Below are positions 14,664-25,944 of a stretch of 64,000 bases of DNA, piece after piece. A model generated the notes under the pieces. It made no database searches, was not told the DNA's origin, and was given only the letters and a program-made list of their open reading frames with translations. The stretch is from assembly GCF_009914755.1 (NCBI RefSeq), contig NC_060934.1. One strand, written 5' to 3'. Source of the stretch: the human T2T-CHM13v2.0 reference genome, Homo sapiens. Position numbers and translations under genes: made by a program. The number at the start of each line of letters is the position of its first letter. Position 1 is the first letter of the stretch.

Positions 14664-15109
14664 TTATCTATAAATTAACAATGGTTAGAAAATATAATGG
14701 AAAAAAATCTCTTACAAGAGTAACAAACATACAGAATACTTAAAGTGGCAGTTAGAGGTAAAGGACTTGTTTGAAGAAAATTATAAAACTCTTCTAAAGG
14801 ACATTTTGCTAGATGCAAAGTTTAAATATAGGAAAGATGTCAAGTTTTAAAAGTAACTCCATTGAAAATCTCAGGAAGTATTTTTGTATTTGCTGATGTT
14901 AGACTGAGGTGAACATGAATATTGAACCAGTGAGAGCTCAATATTTGAAAAGCTGAAGAGTAATAAGGTGTGACACTTTCAGTTTTAAAAACATTATAAA
15001 GCTAAAATACTTAAAAGTATGATATTAGTGCAAAAAATAGAAACCCAGTTAATGAAACAGAATACAAAACCCTAAAATGACCTTAACACTAAGAATTTGT
15101 TTTATGGTA

Positions 15110-15360
15110 AAACTGATTTGGGTGACTGAGTCTGTGGGTTTTGGAGTCACTCTATCCTGAGGTTACCCCTCAGCTCTGCCTCTTAATAGATAAGCAACTT
15201 GAGCTATCTAAGCCTCTGTTTGCTCATCTGTAAAAGGGGATTTAAAATAACTGCTAGAATGTTGTTGTAAGAAGCAAATAAAATATATATGCATTAAAAT
15301 GAACAATTCATTAAATATATTTAGCACTGTACCTAAGTATATAATAAATGGTAGTTATCA
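15110..15360 (+). mobile_element. MIR
   Basis: ctctgtttgctcatctgtaaaagggga core. Confidence 0.75.
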
Positions 15361-15904
15361 TGTATTTTACAAACCAATTAGAAAGTAATATACAGGAAAT
15401 GATGCTAGGACAACTATTTGAGGAATAATGTTTATATGTTATATATTTATATTTTGTATGTTATATTTTATAAAGCATACCAACAAGTGAAAGCAGTAAA
15501 TATTAGAACTACAAAATAGCTATAAAAAAGTATAAGTAATTATTTTCCTGATCTTGTAATAGGGAGAGCTTTAACAAATAAAACTGATGAAACATCATCA
15601 CAGAGAACAGAAAAAAGGATTTTAATGTTTCTGTAGAAAAATTTTAAACTGCTCCATATAAAAGAAAAGTAACCATAAATAAACATAAAACAAAAAACAG
15701 AAAAACACTTTCAGGGAATTGTATGACAGACATGGAGTTAATAACTTTAATAAAAAACATCTATTTAAAAACAATACCAGAAAAAAAAAGCCAGCAACTC
15801 AGTAGAGAAGTTCACAAAGGATCTGAAAAATGATTCACAAAGAATTAAAGAATAAGTACAAATTGTCAGCAATAATGAAAAAGTGTTTAATTTCATCAAT
15901 TCTG

Positions 15905-15948
15905 GAATTTAAATACATGGAGAATTTAAATACATGGAGAATTTAAAT
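15905..15948. repeat. 17-bp tandem repeat x2.6 (gaatttaaatacatgga)
   Basis: Perfect copies read directly. Confidence 0.9.
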
Positions 15949-17149
15949 TAAAATTTCAGTGTATTTAAGTCCAAAGAAATCTATAAAGGGAAATGCAAAA
16001 GTAAAAATATTTTGTACACTGCTATCTTAGCAACTGCCTAAAATTGACTCAAATATGTGAAGCATTGTGCATCTCCCATTTAACCCCTATGTGTTAAGGA
16101 GAACTTAAAATTTTCAAATGAGATTTCAGAACTCATTTTTGCTAAACTGCAATATGCCACACTCTCTGCCACTCCATGTTCTTTTCACTTTCTTACTACC
16201 GATAATTTCCATGTCATAAATGTCAATTCGCATGAGCATGAACTAAGTACGTGATGAATGACCCCTGAGGAAACATATAGAGATCCAGTTCTGGGCTTGA
16301 CTCTCTTACCACTAGCTGTGAGGAAGGCCATGGATGAGGCCCATCACTCTCCCAAATGCAAAACAACTAAGTCAGCATTTCTCCCAGGGAGGTCTATAAT
16401 TCCATTCCTGCATCCCATTCCAGCCCTTCAGAATCAGAAGGCACGATCTGAAATCGGCGTTTTTTTTTTAAGAAGCACCCTAATTAATAGTTAAGTACTT
16501 TAAAATTTGAAAGCCAAATTTAGAGGTCCCTTAGAAGGGACCTCTAAGTCCCTTCTAACACCAAAAATCAAGTTCTTTAAAGAAAAAAGTGTGCATGCTG
16601 AAGAGTAGCTCCACTCTGCACATCTGAGAGTGACCACCCACCTCAACGCTCAAATTTGGGTTCTCAGATCCTTGTTATATTTGAGGTGATATCTTTTTAG
16701 GTTTCTTCTCCCAATCCCATACATCAAATTACACTCATCAAAACTACCAGTCTACAAAAGGGCTCGCAGAAGGCACATAAATTCAATCCCAAGTCCTGAT
16801 GATTCAGACACTTAATCACACCGTAAAGTTAATGGAATCAAATTTGAATGTAGACACCTCAACAGCTACATTACATTGAATTCACAGCATTCATAAAGTG
16901 TGGATTTCAAAGTGAATCATCAGCCTAATGGAAAGTTCAGAGCAGAATGCTCCCCTCTCATTGGTCACTGTGCAGATCCTCGGCTGCCAGGAAAAGGACC
17001 AGAGCTGTCAACACAACACTGTAGCCCAGGCAACCAGCCACACTGCTAGGAAGTTTTCAACACTTGAAAAAAAAAAATACAAGTTATTATAGAAACTTTC
17101 AGGTGCTCCATAGGTTGTTTGGACACCTCCTGGTTTATAACAGTCATGA

Positions 17150-17520
17150 TGTTTAGACGTCAGACTCCGCCTGTCAGTTTAGGACCTCCCATCATTAACA
17201 GCCCAGAAACGGGTGGCTCTCTGGCTGCTTCTGATTTGACCCGATTGTCATAAAGTGTGTTCCTGCAGCAGAGCAACTCTGGGGTAAGAGGAAATAAAGA
17301 CTACGTTTCCAAGATCCCCCAAATCTATTATTTAAACAGCAGGAAATAAAAATGTCGTTGGCCCACTAAACATCCAGATGTGGTCTCAGTGATGTTTGGC
17401 CTCCACTAGATAAAGACATCTGGATGACTGTCTGAGCTTACCATCTGGGTGGCCTACGCAAGTGGCATCTCAACTCTGAACTGAAGGTGGGTGGGGTTTG
17501 CAGTTATGACATCGCTGTGT
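17150..17520. promoter_or_regulatory. Candidate enhancer: clustered CAGATG/CATCTG E-boxes and CRE/ATF-like sites
   Basis: Repeat-free; catccagatgt 17371-17381 and acatctggatg 17416-17426 (mutually inverted), ccatctgg 17441, agacgtca near 17156, tgacatc near 17507. Confidence 0.4.
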
Positions 17521-18559
17521 GAACTCCTTCTATTGAGAATGTCTTTTCACATTAGCTTTTCCACCTTGGATAGGGCAGCTTTGCCTAAAAGAATCTCGAG
17601 GTCCATAGAACAGCTTAGATCCACCTTCTCAACTAGGCTTTCTGTTCTTCAAACATTTGCAATCATTGTGAAGCTAAGTGGAAGGTAGACCAAATCCTTT
17701 CTTAATTTTTCCCTTAAAGACAGCTGCTGGAATCCACTCATTCTTAAAAACTTATTTACCTGAAGTAGGAACTATGCATATAAAGGAAGGAGTCAGGGAC
17801 TCTCAAAATGTCTTGTATACTTTTTGAGTCTAATGTGCTGAACTGCAAATTTAATCCACTGAAGTGGTTTCATGCAAACACTCCTCTCAAATTCCTTTTG
17901 TACAAAATCTTGATGCATAATGTATAAAGTCTGAAAATGGATTAAACTACATTTGGAGATGGCTTGAGTTGTTTTTTTCTTAAGCAAGCAGCAAAAATGA
18001 GCAGGTTTTTTGTTGTTGCCTTTTTTAACCCTTCTTGCTCTCAAACAATCACACATGGATTATGTCTTCTCGAAGCTGCCTTCCACAGAATTTTTCTTTT
18101 TTTTTTCCTGTCAAAAAGCTTGAAATGTAAAAAGTTTTAATTAGAAATGTGAAGGGTGAATTAAACTCATTTCCTTCAGATCTCCCAACTAAGGCAGGCA
18201 AATAGAATGGTAAAACCTTCTGATGTATTCCTGGAAGATAGTTCAGCAACTGAATAAGCAAATGAGTACAATCTTACTGAATAAAATATTTCCTGTTACT
18301 CCACAACCTTAATTACCCTGAGGACTGTGGCCATAGAGAGAATGCCAGTCTGTGTAATGGGGGAGGCAAGTGTGGTAGATGCTCACAGACACCTTTTCAC
18401 CAGTGCCCAATCAGGGCCAGAAGGGTAGGAAAGGAGGTGGCCAAGGGCAAATACCAAAGTCTCCACGAGAATTGCAGAGACGTGGTTACAATCTTACCCT
18501 TATGTCTTGCAAAATGCTGTGTTTCATTATTTGCTTATTTTTTACATATCGTTTGAATA

Positions 18560-18790
18560 CTAGTAAATTGTAATGGAAAGAGTTACAGCTAGAATGAGAT
18601 TTACAATCAAGCCCTGGCCCTACATAGTTATGTGACCTGAAACTCACTCACTGTCACTGGTTTCAAGTTCATCATCTGCGGAATGAGGAGAACCATCCTC
18701 CATCTAGCTACCTTTCTTCATCCTGGGGCCACTGAGAAGGACAAAAGAAAAGGATGGGAAAGTACTTTGTAAAGACTCAAGCTTCATCTA
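18560..18790 (+). mobile_element. MIR
   Basis: tgtgacctga...ttcatcatctgcggaatgagga diverged core. Confidence 0.6.
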
Positions 18791-19467
18791 CACTGCTGAA
18801 TTCTCCTCTGCTTTGAGCTAACCACCATTTCCTGCAGAGAAAATGGTAGCCTCCTTGTCTTCTCCCACCTTCTTCTTCATCCAGGTTTCCCAATGCTGTG
18901 GGTGAAATGAACAAGTTGTCCTAGGGGAGACTTCCAGCTGCTGCACAGCCAACTGCCTCCAGTGGGCTCCATGCATGTGGCCTAATAAGAGCTGTTCAGC
19001 TGACAGCCCCATACCCATTACACTAAGAAGTGGGGCTTGAGATAAAACACAGCCACCCCCATTCACCACTTCCCAAGGTTCCTCACAGTCTACTTTCTGA
19101 ACCACTCCCCTTGACTCACCTTGCTCCTGACCTTGTGACTAATCATTTTGCTTTTGTTCACCACACCCTCCAGTTTCATGGGTAGTTCCACTTATCTGGC
19201 TTGGACTTTTTGCTTCCCTTCTCCATCCTGATTTAATTGATTCATTGAATCATACTGCCTTTACTGACAACTGGTCCCAGCACCTTATACTTCAGCCCTG
19301 TGAATGGGACACAGACAAACAGAAAGTTTTATATGCAGATGTAGGAACTGAGATGTCTCCCCCAAAAATAGGCTGTTTAAGGACTTCTACCAGCACTTCG
19401 GGCATTTTCTCTTTTGGGGCAAAAACTTGGACCAATTGAACAATTTCAAACTCTACGGAACAGGTAC
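18700..19467 (-). ncRNA. Candidate spliced lncRNA 3' exons (exon 19467-19120; intron 19119-18832; next exon from 18831 downward)
   Basis: Minus-strand acceptor cttccccttctccccaccaccttttcccag-like (actual ...ttttcccaag|), strong donor aag|gtgagt, second acceptor ccattttctctgcag|; no credible ORF. The 3' end is not determined from sequence. Confidence 0.35.
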
Positions 19468-19714
19468 CTTGGGAAAAGGTGGTGGGGAGAAGGGGAAGTT
19501 TTCCCCCCACTCATCTTTTATTCCTATCTTAAATGGAACCACATACTAGCATATGTCAAAAACACAGAGGAACCATCTTCTGCTCATGCCTCTCCATATA
19601 GATGTTGACTCAGTAGACGAAGAGTGCTGAATGGGAACAGAACTTTAACTCAAATTCATTCCCTATAATTTCACAATAATATGGACACCAAACTTAAAAA
19701 TTTTTTTACAATGT

Positions 19715-19825
19715 ACTGAGAGCAAGGGCCATGTCTATCTTGTTCACTGGAGTATTTCTAGAACCTAGCACAATGTCTGGCACCCAGTAGGTGTTTTAAA
19801 ATATTTGTTGCCTGAATGAATATAT
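19715..19825 (+). mobile_element. L2 3' end
   Basis: cttgttcactg...cctagcacaatgtctggcacccagtagg...tgaatgaat. Confidence 0.8.
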
Positions 19826-21305
19826 AAGAAGAAAAAAAAGTAATAATTTGAAGGATTTCTTATTATCTGATGCTGATAGAGAGTAGAGGCACTGATTTAC
19901 AGAACAAGTATAAAGCAGTACAGCTTGCTAATACCTTTTAAAACGTGTTGATGCTCATAAATCCAAAATAAACGACCTGTAAAATCACTTAAGAAGAAAT
20001 AATACGCATTTAATCAGCCTTCCAGAGGAAAGTCTGAAGAAAAAGAAGAGAATTTCATGAAGAATTATTAAATCCCTTCAAATTCAATCGCTGGCCGATC
20101 ACAGACATGCCACATGTCCCTCTGCCCACAGGGCCGTCACTTTAGGCGGTCTTCCTCAGTGTTTCCTTATAAAACTCCTAAATTACAGCCACCTCCTGGA
20201 GCCACAGATAAAGGCTTTGGATTGACTGAAAAAAGGGCAAGTCCTCTTACAGGTCTAGCCAGCAGACTTTCCCATATTCCGCAGAGAGATCTTAAATAAA
20301 GGGGGAGAAACTGAACACATCACCCACATACTAAAGCCAGTATCTTCAAAGTCTTACACACAGCTTTAGCTTCATGTCAAAAGGGCTCTTCCTCTGGCAA
20401 ATAAAATTCAAAACACTGTGAAATGCCAGTCTGTGCCGCTGCTTTATAATCCTGTTGAAGTTTCTGGAATTTAACAGAGTTCTGGTACCTTCCATTCCAT
20501 CCTGGATTTTGCCTCTTAGTCTGCTAATGAGAGTGACTTTACCTTTCCTGGAGTTTGATTAAGGTCCTGAGGGTGGCAGTAAAATGGATCCATGTTTTTA
20601 TTACAAACTCAATTAGCAGAAGTTGGAATTGCTCTCTTCAACAAAGTTAAATAAATTGTTAATGAGAAATTTACCTTCACTGGATTTGCTAGTTGCCTTA
20701 TTAGCTTGGAGTCAACACTATTAAAGGAGAAGATGTTTATTAAAGCTTAAGGTGTTTGCTAGATGGAATGTTAAAAAGAAGATGGCAGGATAGCGCCACT
20801 GACTGCCTGCTTCCAAAACCCAGAGGGGCTCCCATGATCCATCCAAAATAACTGACTTCCAGCCCTCATTTGGGTCTCTTCATCAGGGAAATAGCAATTT
20901 ACCCAGTAGATAAAAGTGTCAGACATTCCTGGATAGCATCTAAAGCTTCTCTCTTCACTCGATGTCATGGGGACGTTTTTAAAGATAGACACTAGCATGA
21001 AGAAAGATTACCCAGTAGTAGATGTGTCTGAACAGGGCATAGGAACACTTTTCCGTCTCTGCTAAGAAGGAAACTAAAACACCCCACCATAAATGTCAGG
21101 AGCATAGAAGAAGGAGCCTATTTACGCAAGAAACTTTACATACAGACCTCAAAACCACTTACCCAAGGAAAACAATAATGTCTCCCTGATGTGGCATTCC
21201 CAAAATGCCTCATTTTAATAACCAGGACAAGCTCTAGGCAAAGTTGTGAGGCCAGTCAAGATTCTTTTCAGCCCCCTCTCCATTTATGTCTCTCTCAAAA
21301 ATGTT

Positions 21306-21338
21306 CCCCTGCCCCCACGCCCCTCCCCCACCCCGCCC
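21306..21338 (-). other. G-quadruplex / i-motif tract with KLF/SP sites
   Basis: Six runs of 3-5 C with 1-3 nt loops; contains ccacgccc and ccccgccc. Confidence 0.7.
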
Positions 21339-21359
21339 ACTATGTAACCCCTGCGATAA

Positions 21360-21925
21360 GATCTGCAGACTACTTCACTCCATTGCAAGATCCCTCCTTA
21401 TAGCTACTGTATGGCCCTCAAGAGTCAGAAAAGCTAAAGACCTCATTTCCCAGAGTCCCCTGCTGCTTAGGTTCCATGTGAAACCCAGCGTGAGCCAAAC
21501 ACGCTCCCTCATGAGAGCTGGACTATAGAAGCAGACATCAAGGCTGAGGCTGCACCCCACTACTTCTGCTAACCAGCACAGTGTGGAGACATGTGGGAAC
21601 TATAACAGAGCCCCCAGGGTCCAGATCCTATCACTGTGGCTATTGAGAGGCAAGTGCAGGTTGGATAGACGTGGTGAGGTGCAGAGCCAGCAGTTGTAGA
21701 GGCGACCTCCTTATTCACAAACTTGATCATGGCAGAGGCAGCAACTGCCTCCATGGGCCAGCCCTGAGGTGTTGTTCTGAGGTGTGATTCCTGGAAGCTC
21801 TGCTTAAAGAACTCTAGCCTTTCTAGTGATCTTTGTAAGCTCTTATTCCTTGTATGAAACTCATTTCTGCTAAAAATGACTATACTGAATTATGTTATGT
21901 ACAACTAAACTCTGACAGAAATACT
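21360..21925 (+). mobile_element. ERVL-class solo LTR (LTR16/LTR33-like)
   Basis: catttcccagagtcccctgctg 5' motif; 3' end ttctgctaaaaatgacta...caactaaactctgacagaaata. Confidence 0.6.
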
Positions 21926-22659
21926 TCCTTCCCACATAGGCAACCAAGTGACTTAATACTTGGCCCTTCATCTTCTCAGATGAAACGGTTGATAAACTAA
22001 TTCACAATAAATAGTCAGTGACTAATATAGCAACTTCTTATGAATAATGGCCTTAATCAAAGCAAAAGATTCTAATGGTAGACAACCATGAATGGTCTAT
22101 GATGTTGATGGAGATTTTTTTCCTAGGCAAGAAGGCAAAGGTTTTTTTAAATTTAAAGAAGTTGTTATTAGTTGTTGCTGATGATGATAATGTCGGCAGT
22201 GATGTTTAAAAGCTGTCCTCACTTGTAAAGTTCCCTGGGCTGACAACTTCAACTCACCTAACCCTCTAACTGGGGCTAAAAACACCATGATCACGACTCA
22301 GTTTTTTGCCTCTCACTGCAAACTTCATGTATGGAGGTTTCATGAAACTATACAGAGAAAAGTTGCCATATAAGAAAATGAACAAGGGTTCTAGCATCTC
22401 TCTGAAAATTGATAGTGCACTTTTAGATAGAAGACAGAGAACAGGCTGAGGAAGAAGGCAAATAGGTAGACAGAGATGATTGACAATGTCCACGTGCACA
22501 TCCACAGATGTTCCTGAATCAGCTACTTTGTCAAGACCCCACCCTAGGTGCTTCTGGTAAAGAGGTAAGGCTTGTCCTGGCTTCCAGGATCTCACAGTGT
22601 AGGGGAACAAGGGAAATTGCCATTTCTTAATCACTTATCGTTTGCTAGTAGACTTTGTT

Positions 22660-23075
22660 GATTTCATTCATACAATAAATATTTTGTTTTTGTTCTAGTT
22701 TATGAGACAGATGAATAAGTTAGGTTTCCTAATCCCTTATAGAGGGAGCCAGACATGACATCAGTACTTACACAAAACGTTTTCAATTATAACTGAGGCA
22801 AGTACTACAAGGAAAATCATAGCACATGGTCTAATGGAGGAGGAGGAGGAGTTAGCATGACTTGGTCTGAGGGTCCATGGAAGCCCTCCCAGAAAAAAGC
22901 TGTTCCAGCTGGGTTCTGGGGCAAAGCATGAATTAGTCCAGTGGAAGGAACAGCACCAGCAAAGGCCCTGAGTTGGAAGGAGCTTACTCCAAGAATAAGG
23001 TACATATTATTATCCCCATTTTACACATGAAGTAGCTGAGATCTACAAAGATTAAGTAACTTCCTAAGGTTATGC
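22660..23075 (-). mobile_element. L2 fragment followed by MIR fragment (23005-23075)
   Basis: ttcattcatacaataaatattt; ttattatccccattttacacatgaagtagctgag. Confidence 0.65.
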
Positions 23076-23329
23076 ATAACACATAAACTCAAAGATAGCG
23101 ATCTACCATATAATCCAGCCTCTCCTAGAAGCAGAAACAAAGATACACGGCAGCCTTTAAAAACAATTATCAGGAGACCCTCTCATGCCCCTCAAGGCCA
23201 CTGCTCCTCCTGAAGGAGCTAAGGACAGGTTTTCATTTGCTCACTCTACTGGGCTCCAGATCAAATTAAATTAAAAGCCAGCTATTTCAGACGAAAAAGT
23301 CCTGCGTCCTTTTTGGGAATAAAATCGTC

Positions 23330-25000
23330 TTCCCTCCTCCCCAGGGCCTTTCATACCATTATGGTGCAGTCCCAAGCTATCAATGATAGTGAAAAAATGG
23401 GGCTTTGCGATAGAGGAAAGAGGCTATTCAAACTGCTCCTGATTTCTATAAAAGAGAGATCTTTTGATCTTTGAAACAGCCATAGGGCAGTTTGATCTTT
23501 CTCAAACTCATTTATTTTAGATTCTTGCAAATTTCTTTTCTGTAGGTTTACTTCCTCAGAAAACTCAATATTCAATTGAACAGTGACTTTTATACATTGA
23601 AATGCAATATTGAATAACTGAAGCCTAATAAATGCCATCCCGCCTATATAGGATATTTTAAAAATCATAAAAGGGCTGATTGAGCCCGATCCAGGCAAAG
23701 ATGACAAAGCGAATTCAATGCTTCTTTTGAAAATGAGTCATGGTCAGAAATACTCACTTTGACCAAAAGCATTTCTTTGAATGCCAGAGGTAAATTTGCT
23801 CACTTTCATTTTCTGCCTGGGTTTCAGATCGGCCCTGCAGAACTGAACAAAATCAACTCTGAGAGGCCCTGGCAGCTGTTCCAGATGTAAATGTGAACAG
23901 GATACTGAGATTGGGCCTATTTCCTTCTATGTGTTATTTTCAAATTATGCAGATAATATTCAGATATGGGTCTATCAGACTTGGCATATTTTTTTCAGGG
24001 AGGAGTAAATCATTGCTATTCTCTGCTGCATTAACATTCCCCAGGACCACCCTCTCTTTTTTACTTAGAAAAAGGATATTTTATTGTCACGAGCCTCTAA
24101 ATTACTGGCACAAGAAGAATCTGACATAGGTTCCCAGTCGTGGGGGGGCTCATGGGAGGACAGGTACAACATACTCAATAGATTAGCCAAAAGAAACAGC
24201 CTTTGATGTCAGGGAACCTTTCCAAATTTCATGTAAGACTCAAACAATCTGTGGCAAATCAAAGTTCTCAATCAGAACTTCTGTCCCACTTCTCTTGGTG
24301 CAGCTATGGCTGGAGGAACTTTTGTTTTAACTCTTTGTAGATTATTACTCAGTTTGAGAGTGTGTTTCTCTCATGACCCTTCCAACATTATGAACTTTAA
24401 GAAGATCGATAACTTCATTCTCCATCTTCATCTTAACACATGCACTTTTTCCCTCTTGGATATGTGTTTTAGGAAAATGCAGATTAGCATTGCCAAAGAG
24501 CCAGTTGTTTTTAGCAACATTCCCCTCGGTGTGACCTCCTAAGAAGGTCTGATTTTATAAACCATTAAAGGAACACTACGTTTTCCATACTCCCTGTATC
24601 AGCTAAAGGCTGGAAAGGGCAGCAAAAGCAGGATCTCCATGGAGGAGGAATGATAACCACTTGGAAGAAGATGGTGGAGAAAAAGCAGGCATTGGCTATG
24701 CACAGAAGATGTCGGTCTTGCTTTAACAATCTCCCTTAAGGCCTGCTGCCCCACACTTTCCTTATGGTGTCAGGATTCCAAGAACATTCTTTGGGAACCA
24801 GAGACAAAGATGGCACCAATACCTCAGAGCCTTTTGATTAAAGAGTTGTCATTTTCCATCTTGGGACCGTGGAAAACAACTTTTACATAAGAAAGTTTCT
24901 CTCAAGGGTGAGTAAACTATCCACAGCTTAAAAATAAAAATTGATAATTAATGTCCATGAAAGGGCTCTAAAGAAAAGATTCCCAGCAAATCAAAGGTAA
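23330..25000. promoter_or_regulatory. Candidate enhancer block with TCF/LEF motif cluster and AP-1 site
   Basis: Repeat-free; CTTTGAA 23469 and 23775, CCTTTGATG 24200, ATCAAAG 24258, ATCAAAGG 24990; TGAGTCA 23734-23740. Confidence 0.4.
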
Positions 25001-25640
25001 AATTCTGAGCTCATATGACTATATCCATAGACATGTCCGTGCCTGTCTCTAGAGCCATTAGCTATCCAAGAGACATTGGAGGAAAGAAATTATTATTTCC
25101 TTAGAAGCAAATGGAGGCTTCCTTTTCCTTCCATCAAGAACACTTTAAAACAAACAAACAAACAAACAAAAAACAATATCTGGATTTCTAGACACTCAGA
25201 AATATGTTATTCATAGGTTTCTTACACTTCCTGGCCTAGAACATAAGGTAGCATGTTCTAAGAATAATGTTCTGAGAGGAACGTAAGATATAAAAGAACT
25301 AATGTCATTCAAGGCACAGTAATACAATCCAAAGACAAAACAGCACCACACACATCTTACAGGGCATGTGCTCTGTGTCTAGTCTATCACTGGTTTGAAA
25401 AACTCTAGTGGAATGAGATTACCTTTGTCACTCAGTTAGCACCACTTGTCACCTTTCATTGACTCTGCTGTTTCCCGTTTATAATTTCAGCAGGAGATTG
25501 AATCAAGCTGTAGACTTATGGAATAACGCCCCCAGACATTCACCCAAGAGTAGTTTAGGCAAAGTTTTCTGTGTCAGGAATAAAAATGTTGAATTTGAAA
25601 ATGAAGTACAACCAAGTGGAAATATAAAATGGCAGAGGAG

Positions 25641-25944
25641 GGCCAGATGTGATGGTTCGCACCTATAATCCCAGCACTTTGGGAGGCTGAGACAGGCAAA
25701 TCACTTGAGCTCAGGAGTTCAAGAGCAGCCTGGGCAACACAGAGAAACCTTGTCTTTACAAAAAAGACAAAAGTTAGCTGGGCGTGGTGGCACACGCCTG
25801 TAGTCCCTGCTTCTTGGGTGACTGAGACAGGAGGAACACTCCAGCACAGGAGGCTGAGGCTGCAGTGAGCCCAGATTGCACCACTGTACTCCAGCCTGGA
25901 TGACAGAATGAGACCCTGTCTCAAAAATAAAATAAAATAAAAAA
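25641..25944 (+). mobile_element. AluJ with 16-bp TSD
   Basis: TSD ataaaatggcagagga at 25624-25639 and 25945-25960. Confidence 0.93.

Noticed and set aside
20103-20122. p53 response element (two CATG cores)
   Set aside because: The cores are 7 bp apart rather than the 10 bp required for adjacent decamer half-sites.
23351-23707. 118-aa minus ORF with a charged, coil-like middle
   Set aside because: Non-ATG start, no recognised homology and no clear splice pair; better explained as non-coding regulatory DNA.
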